Assembly: GCF_009914755.1 (NCBI RefSeq)
Contig: NC_060926.1
Reading direction: 5' to 3' (one strand)
Length of the DNA: 64,000 bases
Origin: the human T2T-CHM13v2.0 reference genome, Homo sapiens
Shown here: positions 31,453 to 45,688 of the stretch, in pieces
Layout of the letters: the number at the start of each line of letters is the position of its first letter
Position numbering within the stretch: position 1 is the stretch's first letter
Notes under the pieces: model-generated
The model's database searches: none
What the model was told of the DNA's origin: nothing
What the model saw: the letters and a program-made list of their open reading frames with translations, nothing else
Made by a program: the position numbers and the translations under genes

Positions 31453-33216
31453 CTTTAATAAAAGTAAGATGAATAATAATTGTTATTATTTTATTCAATA
31501 AAAAGAACTTTTTCCCTGATTTTTTTTACTTGATTCAGGTTATCACCACTTTAATGATAAAAGTATTTTGTGCTTACTTTAATTTTATCATTATACATAA
31601 TTATTATAATTATAAGATACTCTTATTTTATCATCGAAATTTTTGTCAAATCTGCTCATTTCTGTTTGAGTGAATAGAAGAATTTTCTAAAATTTCAAAA
31701 AGGGCTCTTCTCCATTTTGTGCTTTTATTCCCATCCACTCTTTGCTATCTGGTATAAATTTTTATGCTATCTGGCTGGCAGAAACAGAGAAATAAAAAGA
31801 CACAGGCATAACATATGTCTTCTGTCTTTACTACCTGGATTTTACATGAAATAGCCAGATTAAGAGGATGTGACATTGTAGGCCTTCAGGAACAGTAAAG
31901 AAGTTTTCCCTTTTCTGTACTGAGCTACTCTTTTCCCCACTGCCTTTTATCTCTCTTTTTTTTTTTTTTTTTGAATCCTGTGATATCAAAAAAGTAAAAA
32001 AAGTAAAGGTTCTCTTTGAATTATGGGAACCAACGTTTGCCACAACACAAGAAGCAGAGTGAAACTGCTGAGTTTCTAGTGCCGAATTCTGGAAAATGAG
32101 ATGCTTCCCAGATTTCACATTCAATTACCACAAAAGTTTATAGGTGGAAAACATATGGTACAGTTACCTACTTTAACTGCATTATCTACTGATAATGGGA
32201 GTCAAACCAACCAAGACATATTAAATGTTTCATCCAGAGCTCTTGAGGTGGCATTCACTAGCATTTCATGGCACCATATAACATGATACAATTCCATATT
32301 GCTGAATTACATAAATTGCCAGATAAATTTATCAAATTAGTCAGATATATTAAAAGTCTAACCTTGAGCAAAGCAATTTAATGCCTCAGAGGGTGGAAAA
32401 AGGCCTCATCTGCTTTTACTTTGAAAGAAGAAAATCTCTAGATTTTTGTCTATCTTTAGAACACAATGTACAGAACTCAACTTTCTACTAAAGAGTCAAA
32501 GGCTAAATTTTTGGCTAAGAAATTATGCTTCTTATATGATAAAAATCATACATGCCAAAACTTACCATACTTTATTAAACAACATAATGTAAGGTCTGAT
32601 TCAACAGAAATATTGCAGAATGGTGATTTTTTAAAATATGTGTAAGTATATGTTTGTTTTCAAAAATATTGGAAATAACTATGATGGGACTGTAAGTTCA
32701 AACAGTTTGAGCTAAGCAGATAAACTTGCATGCATGAAAACACATTAAACAGACTCATTTGGCTGGGAATATTCGTTGCAAATCTCAAGGCTAGATGTGT
32801 TTTTGTGGCTTGTCTCAGTCATTGCTTCCCTCCCATTGTATTCCCATTCTATCATTAAATAAATGTAAATCATCTCTAAATGAATACAGAAAAAAGAATC
32901 TAGAATCTAGAGCTTGTTTCTTTAGCAATTTCTTTATGTTGATCTGGTTCAGAAGGTCACATGGTATGTGGCTGAATTAGTTTCCCAGCTCATACGCCAC
33001 TTGGAAGACTGATAGTGAGACATAGGTTGATTAATGAACAAACATTATGAGAACATTCTCCAGAACCATTATTTAGATAGCAGAACTAATCTACTTTGAC
33101 ACATAATTACACATTTAGATAACCCCACTGTAACTGTACACATGAGATTTTCTTGAATAGAAAATTTGACTAAATCAAATAATTGATAAAGAGGAAAAAG
33201 CAGCAGCAAGTGAACC

Positions 33217-34354
33217 TCTATCTTTTTGAAGTTGGACTTGCTTTTCTCCAAAGCCAGGAACTCAACTTGTAACATGCCTACCTCATTCTTTTTTTATTAT
33301 TATTATTATAGTTTAAGTTCTGGTACATGTGCACAACATGCAGGTTTGTTACATATGTATTCATGTGCCATGTTGGTGACCTTGGAATATATTCCCATAA
33401 GTCTTCTAGCTATATTTTTGATGTTCTCTCACTATGTGGCAAAGAATAACTCACATTTTATAATTCAAGATTCATGCTTCTGTAGTTGTTAGCACTGGGA
33501 CTGCCATATAGTGGCTTCTGGAATAAACGCTGTATTGGTTTTCTGTTTTCATTAAGTATCTGTAGCAGCAGAAATACTGTGGCTTTCTATCTGAATCATA
33601 TGCTTCATTTCTTTGGGGTGGGTAAACAACAAATCAAAAAGACTTTCTGGATCTCTAGACTGAAGCCAATGCCTAATGTCCAATTTCCAATTAGTGGTAT
33701 CTGGGTTTACATTTTTTGCCATTTGCATGTCAAACTCTTAATCATCTTTCATTTCAATCATAATTACTGGGTTCCTTAATTTTTTGGTTTCTGTATCATT
33801 ACAAAAATTTTCATCATCTGTGTTAGAAACAAGCTATGTGTCTGGTTTGCTATCACTTTTATAGTCTGATTTATTTTCATTTAAATGAAGCTTAGAAGAT
33901 GACTGGTAACTGTATTTCAGGGACCTGGAGTATGAATGGAATAAAAAGACATTTGACATGGGCTTCCTCTGTTCAGGCGCTGCCTGGACTGCCACAGAGT
34001 TGGACCCTCCAGATGCATCTTCCTCCTCACAATCAGGGACCTGATTCATCAGATTAGAGGGCACTCCTTTTTTGTTCGTCCCTCTTTAGAGTTACTACAT
34101 AGGAGCTCTTCCTCAGGGCAAGCAGTAATTCTGGAGTTTTCAAAACTTTCACCAATATTCAGCTCGAACTTGTTTGTAATGAATTTTAAAGAAAGTCGTG
34201 AATATACAGACAGATTATTCCCTTTATCACAATTCTTACCCAGTTCTGGTTCTTGAGACTTTTTTTTTTTTTTGGCAGGTGCAAAATGGAAAACAAATTT
34301 GCTTGTTTTGTTTCTCAGATGTCTTTTCTGTCAGAGTGCATGTTTTAAAGTTAG
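33217..34354 (-). pseudogene. Decayed CCDC144-like large exon inside an intron (boundaries approximate)
   Basis: Fragments translate to TEKTSEKQNKQ, SQEPELGKNCD, PSNLMNQVPDCEEEDASG, QSSSKLHLNENK and NEVGMLQVEFLALEK, resembling CCDC144A as recalled. Broken by stops, a frameshift and an L1 insert. Confidence 0.7.
33290..33379 (-). mobile_element. Very short L1PA 3' end (about 90 bp)
   Basis: CACCAACATGGCACATG...CCAGAACTTAAACTATAATAAT...A-tail. Confidence 0.85.
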
Positions 34355-35529
34355 CTTTAATCAAGCATAAACAAAAATACTAGAAAATAATTAAAATTTA
34401 ACTGTGAAACTTAATCTATGTGTTGCCACTCTTAAATTATAGGATTGTAACTAAAAAGTGAAAAATAATTTGCCTTGGCTTAACATAGGACAGAAATATG
34501 AACTGGCAAGCTGAACTCTTAGCATTTGTTTGGATTAAACTTAATGCATTATGTGTAAAATCTACCAGAAATGAATTCAAAGCTGATAGGTAGTATTATA
34601 AAATCTTCCCCTCTTACAAAGATTTTACCTCAGCATACCAGCAAAAGTGAGCCCCTACAGTGCGTGTATATTTCTGAAGATTAACTAGAGACTAGGGAAA
34701 CACTGAATTATTAAGAGCCAAACTGAACACCAATAAGAAAGGGAAGCAAAATTTTAAATTCTAATTCAAATAATATACTATGATAGTGTTATGTACCTAG
34801 ATGGATTTTCTGCTTGTATCCACTTCTAATGTATTTTAAGTTCCACTAGTGATAGTGGATGGATTTTTTAAATTTTAGTAACATTTACTATGTATTTATG
34901 TCAAAATAAAGTTATTGTTTGTACCCTGACACCAAAGGTCCCATTCCACAAGGTACGATTCTCTTAATAGGCAACTGGGTTGATTTTTATGACACCATTC
35001 ACTCCCTGAACACAGACACAGAACTCAACTGGTGACCACAAAACAGAATAAATCTTTAAACTCGGCACTGGTGACCAGCAATACAAAACTGCAACATTTG
35101 AACCACTGGCAATGATGACTCCTTTAACACTACTTTAACTCAGTGGCCACTGTTGTTAAACTGTTCATAATTTCTATTCCTTAATAATATAACCCAATAT
35201 TTCATGTTACCTTCTGTATTATGAGTAAGGTTATACAAATAAAAGAGCAAGATAATTCTGAAAATGTCTTGCCTCAATTCCAAGGGTAAAGACAGCTATG
35301 AGTTACTAGAGATAGTAAGAATTACCAGAATAACTAATAGTTACTAGAGATAGTAAGAATATCTTAAGTTTCATAACTGGTTAAAATGTTTTAAAAATTA
35401 AATATAAAATTATGATCTATTGGATTCTAAAGGTATAATCTAAAAGGTCATGTCATTTGGACTATGCCTTGTTACTAAAGAAAAAAAACAAAACCCAATA
35501 TTAAACAAGAAACTTAAATGTTCATATAC

Positions 35530-35600
35530 CTGTGGTTGCTTCTTTTCACTTCTTTCATGCCTTTCTTGCTCTTCCTCTGAAGCCACTGGTAAGGCTTGTT
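35530..35600 (-). CDS. ANKRD20A: Exon (71 nt): (E)QALPVASEEEQERHERSEKKQPQ
   Basis: caacag|AA...CAG|gtatat; SEEEQER motif typical of the POTE/ANKRD26 family. Confidence 0.88.
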
Positions 35601-36118
35601 CTGTTGACAAATTCACTGGTTTAGTTCAAATGAACTAAGAACAGTTAGATAAAGACTATAATCTATATAAAAATAAATAGAGAATAACATTTCTTTGTAT
35701 TTTATATTTTGAGAGTTTCAATGAAGCTTAATGTTTACTGAAATATTTAGTTCTTTAAGAAATACTTCTAATCATCCAAAACTTCAACAAACCACTTGGG
35801 GAGACACTAGATATCACCAGGTTCAAGCCATATGAAATCTCAGGGTCACTCACAAATTGTTCCACCCAACATAAATCAACAAAACTGTTAGAAACAAAAC
35901 AAAATTTTGAAATACAGTCAAAATATACAATGTAACACTTTACTATACTTCATAACAGTATCTTTTTAACAAGACACTAATTGAGTTGGCAGTTACTAAT
36001 AATTTGCAAAATTATTGTTGTTCATACCTTAATTAGTGTGCACCCCATTTTTTACATCGCAAATGTTTTCCCCTACTATTCTGAAAAATCTATTTTCATC
36101 TTTTAAGACTCAGAAAGT

Positions 36119-36417
36119 AGGCTGGGCATAATAGCTCACATCTGTAATCCCAGCACTTTGGAAGGCCAAAATGGGAGAATTGCTCAAGGCCAGGAGTTTA
36201 AGACCAGCCTGGGAACCATAGATAACCTTGACTCTACAAAAAATTGGACAGGTATGGTGATATGTGCCTGTAGTCCCAGCTACTCAAGAAGCTTAGGTGA
36301 GAAGATCCCTCGAGCCCAGGAGTTTGAGGTTGCAGTGAGTCTCGATCACACCATCGCACTCCACCCTGGGTGATAGAGTAAGAACTTGTCTCCAACAACA
36401 GAAAAAGAAAAAAAAAA
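36119..36417 (+). mobile_element. AluJ-like
   Basis: Diverged Alu dimer. Confidence 0.88.
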
Positions 36418-36982
36418 GGCTCAGAATGCTGTGTGAAGTCTTCCTTGATTCTAGCTATCTTTCTCCACACACACGGGTATCTGCTTCATTGGAGTCCCTT
36501 AGTACTTTGTCAATTTTTCCAGTGTCACTTTACCACCTGAACTGCACATCATGTCTTAACATGTCGATCCCCTTTGCTGCTAGACTGTAGAGGACAATCT
36601 TTTGAATCATCTTTGTATAAACAGTCTTAATTTTGCTAAATAATTACTTATTGAGTTCCTGCTAAGTGTTAGGCACTGGGGTATAAGGAAGGAAAATAAA
36701 AGCTGTCAGGGATGGCTTTCCTAAAGATCATGCATGAGCTGAGACTTAGAGAGTAAGGTTAGCCAGATTAAGTGAGGCAGAGGGCAAGAAAGGGTGAGCA
36801 CATGCCAGGCAGCAACAAGAGGGGGAGAGAAGCCTCCAAGAGAGTATGTATTTCTCTGCAAAAGAGGAATGGTGAGGGGGCCATTACCAGCAGCTCAGTA
36901 ATTCCAGAGAAAAAGGCAGATGGGGAAAGGGCTGCAGATGGGGAAAGGGCTACAGATGGAGATTTGGGCAGAAATCAGTTTC

Positions 36983-37425
<443 letters not shown>

Positions 37426-37720
37426 TGAACAAAGATAAAATATAAGGCAGTGTTGCAAAGATGCTGCAGGCCTGAGGAGATGTTTTCAGAAATATTTAGG
37501 ATACAAGTATCAGTGGCCATTATAAGAATGAATTTTTATTGAATGAATAAATGTATATATCTGGGTCCCTGGAGAAATACACTCTGCTCATTACTTTACA
37601 AATTTTATCAAATGAGAAGTAAAATAATATACATAAACTGTTTCAGTTACTTGTATTTACTTTACACTTTTTCTGTTTCAGTTTTACTGTGCCAAGGAAA
37701 TGCATTTGGGTTTTGTGGTG

Positions 37721-37755
37721 GTTGTTGCTGCTGCTGTTGTTGCTGCTGCTGCTGC

Positions 37756-37789
<34 letters not shown>
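37721..37789. repeat. Compound (GTT)n/(GCT)n trinucleotide repeat, i.e. CAA/CAG on the gene strand
   Basis: About 22 uninterrupted triplets forming the tail of the adjacent Alu. Confidence 0.95.
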
Positions 37790-38070
<281 letters not shown>

Positions 38071-39824
38071 CATATATGGGGATTTTGTTTTAAAAGTTCT
38101 GTTTCCTGGATCTACCAAGCTCATGAGAAAATAGAAGCAAACAAGTCATTTGCATAGGTAAGAAACCTTGCATTTATACTTCGTCATCACTACTCTAGAA
38201 GATTATCATCATGTTATGTAAAATAAAATGTTAATTCTAGACATAAGGGGAAAAAGAAATTAAAACTATAGGGGTGAAAAAATATTGCATAATTTATTAC
38301 TGTTGACCTGATCATATGACTGATTAAGGGCACTGAATTTAACTTGTATGTGAAGTAGACCCCATATTAGCTGCAGTTAATCAATAGACCAGGTATTCTA
38401 GCAGAATTAAATTTGATGCTCCTGTGTTATCTTTAAATGATACAGCTCTTCTGAAAACCCATACTCATAGTGCATGATTATCCATTAAGACAAGGTGATG
38501 GAATGTGTGAATACAGCTGAGGAGACACCACAAGGCAAACGCTCAATGGTTCCCATTAATATTGGGGAAATCAACATTATAATACAGAAAGCCATAGGCA
38601 TTATTTAATATTTGGTTTTGGAAGGTATTTTTAGTGACAGTGCATACAGTTGTACCTAATAATTGCAAAATTAGAGATGTAAAAATAAAACAAAGGCACA
38701 CTGTGTTTGAGTAGGAAATCTGTAGACGTCTAGCTGGTTTTCTATTCCAGGCCCAAAATTCTAAATATAATCATGGTACCCGCACACAAATTTATGTTAA
38801 ATACCAACTTCAATGAAATTACTCTTTCCCCTCATTCTCTTTGTTATTTATATGTTGCTTTCCTTAAGGGAAGAATACAAATGCCTTGCTAAGAAGCATT
38901 CTGTTTGGTTGTAGGCTGCATAAAGGGAGTAAACACAAAGCACATTTGACCACAAAATGACTTTTTAAAAGCTAGAACTATGGTAGCATGAAGCCAACTG
39001 AGGTAATCTAGAATAAAATTTTCTATGTTTGTTTCCCTTCTTTGCTCTCTTTCTACTCTAATAACTGCGATTCACAGAGGTAATGAAGAGTATAATTCCC
39101 TGATAAAAACACAGCTCCAAGATTAATCCTTTCTTTAACTATGAAGTTCGCGGGTCCAAAGTCTTGTAGTTGCTGTCTGATTTTTGATCATGGATGGTGA
39201 TACAGATATTTATCATCAACTCATAACTTCCCAAATCTTTGAAAAGTCTTACTATTGATGGTTCAACTAGTAGAAACATAATCTAAAATATCTGACAATA
39301 AAGTTTTTATTAGAATGTAAATAGTAATACAAATTGTAATAAGGTGTAAAAGTTCTTTCTTCACTGAAGCAGGACCATGATGTCCTGTACCCCACAAACA
39401 CACTACTCCCTCATGGTCTAATGTATTTTAAAAGTCCTGTAATTGCTATTAACTCAGACAAGTTTACTTAACTTGTTCTAAGCTTCTGTTATTTACTACA
39501 ATTTACTTTATCACTCAACAATCTCTATTATATATGTTGTTTTCCATGAGAAATTTTTTTATTAATAATTAGGATTCTTCAGGGATAAGAAAATATTTGA
39601 ATAACTAAGTTTGTGCATAAACACATTAAGGTCAAATACCCATGACAATATTGTGTGTTTCTGTGTACTAGAGACAAAAACTTCAAAAAAAATTTTAATG
39701 AATATACATTAAAAACTGCTTTCATTACACTGAGATGATCTTCCCTCAATGCATGAATACCTTCAGAATTCACAAAGACCAAAGAATTGTATAAAATATA
39801 ATAGCCTTAAAAATCTTATTTGTA

Positions 39825-40130
39825 CCTGGCACAGTGGCTCCTGCCTGTAATCCCAGCATACTGGCAAGCTGAGGCAGGCAGATCACCTGAGATCAGGAGT
39901 TTGAGAGCAGCCTGGCCAACATGGTGAAACCCCATCTCTACTAAAAATAGAGCATTTAGCAGGGTATGGTAGCACATGCAGGTAGTATCAGCTACTCGAG
40001 GGGCTGAGGCAGGAGAATTGCTTGAACCCGAGAGGCAGAGGTGGTAATGAGTCAAGACCGAGCCACTGCACTCCAGCCTTGGTGACAGAGCAAGACTCTG
40101 TCTCAAAAACACAAACAAACAAACAAAAAA
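39825..40130 (+). mobile_element. Alu
   Basis: Alu dimer with (CAAA)n tail. Confidence 0.92.
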
Positions 40131-41531
40131 CCTAATTGTTCCCACATAAGTCTATGTTCACACAAGATCTGAAGAGTACACAACACCGTGAGACAGGACA
40201 GACATAAATTTTAAAAGTTATATTCTGGTTTCTGTAAAAATAAAACGGTTGAATTTAAGCTTTTAAGACAAGTCAAGGAAAAGAGCAAAAAATGCAAAAG
40301 TGAAACTTGAAAGGTCATTTTCCCATCAAGGGCTCATGATCCACTGGACATTCACAAACTATATTGTTCAAAACATTAGTTCTGAATTTTGATCTGAGTA
40401 TCCCTGGAGTTGCAGTTTCATTCAAAGATGTCCAAGAGGTCAAATAAGACAATATCATTTGCTATTTTCAGTTTTCTTTTTTGAGAACAGCACAACAAAC
40501 TTCTTCAGAGAAATGAATCGTCCTAACTTCATAGGCTAAAGGCTCATGAGTCACAGTTCTAAGGGCATTTATAAAATATGGTGGTGCATGCTTGTATTCT
40601 GAACTTTTCAACTTTAAACTCTCATATAGTAAATATTAATAAATACAAACTGATTAAAGAAAAGCCCACTTAATCTGACATTATTTTTATTTTTCTTTCT
40701 TTCTTCATTTATCAGCAACAGGAGAGTCTAACTAAATGTGGTAAAGTGGTATAAGGGAATACAATGAAAAGTGTAAAATGAATTAAACCAGAGATAATCA
40801 TATCAATGTGGATACATCTGGAAAATATAATACAAAATACACCAAAGAAAGTGGCAGAAAGGTATGTAAAGTGTATAACCACTCACATACCATTTTGGGA
40901 CACAAATAAAAAATTCTGCATATTATTTCTGAGCATCACAATATAGTTAAAGATTTCAAAAGGGCATTGAAATGAAAAACAACCAACTTATGATGTCGGT
41001 AGCCTCTATGCAATCATGTTTTAAAAACCTTAACACCAAAAAGTCTCAAAATCACCATTTTAAAAGACTGTGTCTACCAGTTACAAATGAATCATTACTT
41101 TCCTCATTTTTAATAGTCAAAGATGCCACAAACACACAGCAGCAAGCCTCTAAAGTTAAAACAGAATCTGACATGTTAATAAGTAAAGCTTTCCTCTAGG
41201 TAAAGATCAGAACTCCAAGTAGCACTTAACTCACTGGAAATATCTTAGAGTCTCAAAATTCACTGCTTTGAATCCCTGACAGGTATAAAAATTTTATACT
41301 GAAAACTTCATGCTATTCAAAACATTAAAAGAGAAACATCTGAGTTAAAGCTTACATTTTTAAAATCTTTTTTATGCTTCTAAATTTACTTTTATTCAAA
41401 TATGGATACCAACAATAACATTTATGTCAATGCCTTCCATTCAATTTTAAACAAATAGAATTAGGAATAAGAATAATGTGAGTACTTCCAATCATTGAAT
41501 GTACTTATTTCCAGTATTCCATTAAATGTAC

Positions 41532-41604
41532 CTGCTCTCAATGTCTGTACATTCTTTCTTTGTACTGCTCCTTTCACAGCAGGATCTTCCACTCCAGTGG
41601 TAGG
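41532..41604 (-). CDS. ANKRD20A: Exon (73 nt): PTTGVEDPAVKGAVQRKNVQTLRA
   Basis: attcag|CCT...CAG|gtacat; 91-nt intron separates it from the 29-nt exon. Confidence 0.88.
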
Positions 41605-41695
41605 CTGAATGGGTTTTAAAAGAAAATGATTCATAAATCATATATGTTTTATACAACATGGAGTTAGTGATTCAAAAATATACATAATTAATTAC

Positions 41696-41724
41696 CTTCA
41701 AGGAAGGATGTTTTGCAGGAGGCC
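41696..41724 (-). CDS. ANKRD20A: Micro-exon (29 nt): (G)PPAKHPSLK
   Basis: ttgtag|GG...AAG|gtaatt. Confidence 0.87.
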
Positions 41725-44190
41725 CTACAAAGCAAAGGGGATATGTCATCAATTATATGTAAGTATGACAGGGCCAACCAAACATTCATGCAGTGGTACT
41801 ATCGAGCTGAATTCTCATGCCTGGCTATAAAAATAATTACTTAAGGTTTGGAGGGTTCTTCTTGGCTTCTTTTCATTGCCTAGGACAGCAACATGACAGA
41901 AACATAATGAGGAAAATAGGAATATAGGATTCCTAAAATGCACAGTTTACATTTCAGTAGTGAGATTATGTTTCAAATGCCTATACCTAAAATAGAAAAG
42001 CATGGATATCACCGTGAACACATGGACTGATGAGGAGAAAAGGGACCATTAAACAGAGGAGCAAATCAAACCTGAGGGAATCGACATCAAAGCTGATGGT
42101 GAATGTACAGAGTATTTTAACTCAACACATCAGAGGCATTGCTGCCAGCATGCCACAAACAAATTCCCCTTGTCTTGTCACTGAGGAAATACACAGTTGG
42201 GATGACAGTTCAGGTGAATGTGTGATTCACCTCTCATCAAAGAAAGTGTTCTACATTGATCAGCTCTTATACACACTTATGAAATGACAGCTAATCAAAC
42301 TACTCATTTTTCCCATGATCACATGGGCTACTGCAGCACCTACATTTCTCCTGTCCCCTCATTTGGCCTTCAATTAGAGCTCCTTGATCCACTCATGCAA
42401 GGCGGTCCATAAAACACATAAACCATGTCGAATAAGCTTCCGATATCAAAATATTTATCAAAAAAGAAAACACTGAATTACCACAGACTTGCTGGATATG
42501 AATACATATTTAATTTCAAAATCAGTGCAGTATTTATTGAAAAAGAGAATTTTGGTATTCACAGAATGAATTTTATAATATGATTGCTTCTAAAATTAAC
42601 TAAGTTTGGTGTATTATCTTACACTGTAAAGGACTTTTATAAAACAGCTATCATATCAAAGAACTGGCTGTCTCAAAAAAAATTAGCCAAAGCATCTATA
42701 TGCAACTTAATCACATCTTATTCCCTCATGTCAGTGAAACTTCTCTCTCTGAGGCCTGACAGTTATCAAGTGAAATGAGCTGCTGTGGTTTACCCCAACT
42801 CTAGCACTCCCTCCTGCCTCCAGTACTCTCCACAGCAATAACCTCTTTTGTGAGACTGGGCATATGCTGAAGCAACTGGAAGTGAGTTGTCTCAAGTTTA
42901 CTTGGCTTCAACTCCCAAGACCCCAGCAAATGTCTTTCTTTCCTCCCTCCGTGTGCTTTCACAATCCCTCTTCCTTTGAAAAATTGATTTTTAGAACTGT
43001 CATCCTGATGCTTCCCTTCCTAACTGCTTTTTATGGATAATTGTGACCACTGACCACTTTTTTCATCTGTATTCAGCAGTAGTATACACCTGTAATCTCT
43101 CTGTTTTCATCTCATTCTCCTTCCTCTGTGGCTAGAATCATGCTCAGAAATAAAAGGAAATTAATGCTTTCCCTGGATTCTGTTATTTTTTAAATTGCTC
43201 TCCAATGGTTCTTTTTCCAGAGTTCTTTAAAGGAAGGCTATTCCCTTGCTATTCAGAGCTGTGTCCAAGGACCAGCACCAAAATCACCTGAGTACTCATG
43301 AGAAATGCAGACTCCCATACCTGCTGAATCAGAATGTGCACCTTCCAGAAGCTTCTCAACTAATTCATGACAATTTGAATGCCCCGTTCTACACTGATGT
43401 GCTTCCATATTGGTTTACCCTAATTGCCCTTTTGCCCTAGCCTCAATTTCTTCCCTATTATGTCCCTCAATTTAATACTACATTGTAAGCCATAATGTTT
43501 CTAATGAACTTTTAATCAGGCAATACTTCTCAAATTAATTTCTTCTCCATAAATCACCCAACACTATTCAATTATGTTAATTTGGCCTATATGATACTAT
43601 CCTATGAGGTTACATTTTCTATAAAAACAAATTATAGCCATACATGGCTGACCATTTTTGGTGATGTTCATCTATGGTAGACAAAACACAGGTCTGTGTG
43701 GTGAGTTGCCTCAATCCTTAATGCCTCCCCAGTATTGAGGATGACAGCAAGAGAAGGAAAATGTTATTCTAATTCTCTGACACATTTTCGTACTGGAAGC
43801 TCACTTTATCTTCTTTCCTGTTTCTAACACCATGTTCTTCCTTCTTCTACAGATCAATTTGCCTTTACTATCCTCTATTACTTACCTCTGCATATGCTTT
43901 TTTATTTATTCCATGTACACTCCGCTCTCCTCATTCTTTCTTTCTCTTTATTCATTTCCTCTTCCCTCTCTCCTGACTTGCCTCAGGTCTTAGAGTATCT
44001 TAAAATGGAACTCATAACTCAGCTCCTTTAGTGGTACTCCTGATAGTATCAACTGCTGACCCTTGGTTAGACACACAACTTATCACCATTTCACTTCTCC
44101 TTTACTTATTATACAGTTAATAGGACACTTTCTTTAGCTATTACACTCTATTAGTGCTCATATTTTCAAATAAACATTCCATCAAATGAC

Positions 44191-44494
44191 TTTTTTTTGT
44201 TTTGTTTTTTTCTGAGACGGAGTCTCGCTCTGTCGCCCAGGGTGGAATGCAGTGGTGGTATCTCCGCTCACTGCAAGCTTTGCCTCCCGGGTTCAAGCCA
44301 TTCTCCTGCCTCAGCCTCCTGAGTAGCTGGGACTACAGGCGCCCACCACAACACCTGGCTAGTTTTTTGTATTTTTAGTAGAGATGGGGTTTCACCATGT
44401 TATCCAGGATGTTCTGGATCTCCTGACCTCGCGATCCACCCGCCTTGGCCTCCCAAAGTGCTGGGATTACAGGCGTGAGCCACCGCACCCGGCC
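44191..44494 (-). mobile_element. AluY-like
   Basis: CpG-rich, ctgcaagct and ccattctc diagnostics, TSD tccatcaaatgact. Confidence 0.92.
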
Positions 44495-44532
44495 TCCATC
44501 AAATGACTTTTTAAATAAAATACGGTTCTCAC

Positions 44533-44617
44533 CTTCTCCTTGTCCATTGACTATTCTGTTTCCTTTTTCATGCGAAGGTCCAGGTAAAGGCTCTGACACT
44601 TTCTCGGGGACACACTG
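44533..44617 (-). CDS. ANKRD20A: Exon (85 nt): QCVPEKVSEPLPGPSHEKGNRIVNGQGE
   Basis: ccttag|CAG...AAG|gtgaga; overlaps ORF 44375..44599; tandem TAG-CAG acceptor. Confidence 0.9.
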
Positions 44618-44689
44618 CTAAGGTAATATCAAGAATTAGTTTCCATTTTAAAATTATAATGAGTTGCATCAAGAGTTTCTTATCAATCT

Positions 44690-44986
44690 CTTTTTATGAA
44701 ACTGGGTCTCACTCTGTCAACCCAGGGCTAGAATGCAGGGGCCTGATTATGGCTCACTGTGGTCTCAAACTCCTGACCTCAAGCAATCTTCCCACCTCAA
44801 CTTCCTGAATAGCTGGAACTACAGGTGCGTACCATCATGCCATGCTAATGTTTTTATTGTTATCTTAGTAGAGACAAGGCCTCATTATACTGTCCAGGCT
44901 GGTCTCAAACTCCTGGGCTCAAGTAAATCTTCCACTTCTGCCTCCCAAAGTGTTGAGATAAGCAGTGTGCACCACCACACCCAGCC
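44690..44986 (-). mobile_element. AluJ-like
   Basis: Diverged antisense Alu. Confidence 0.86.
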
Positions 44987-45002
44987 CTAATCAATTTCTT
45001 TA

Positions 45003-45367
<365 letters not shown>

Positions 45368-45688
45368 TCAATGAAATATGAGCTTAAGCCAAGAAAGAAA
45401 AGAAACAGCATGAAGTACAATAAAGTACATGGGGAAATAGATCTATAACAGAGCCTTTTGCTCTTTCATATCCCTGATAATACTAATTAATATTTATGCT
45501 ACAATTAGTTTTTTGTAAGTACTTCTGTGATAGAGTTTATTACTATAAGACATTCAATTAGCTAAATATGGTCATCGACCACTACCTGAAAGAACATTAT
45601 TATAAGAGAGAGAGAAAACTAGAACTTTCAATCAGCTTTCCACCCAGAAAAAAATTGGTCACCAGAATTCTAAAGAGTAATGTATGGC

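Noticed and set aside
31831-32124. 97-aa ORF ending near a CAG|gtag donor-like site
   Set aside because: Crosses a homopolymer run, shows no family similarity, and is not needed for frame continuity.
35301-35362. Short direct repeat agttactagagatagtaagaat (similar small duplications near 16785-16845, 22616-22676 and 36918-36958)
   Set aside because: Ordinary local slippage duplications with no sign of function.
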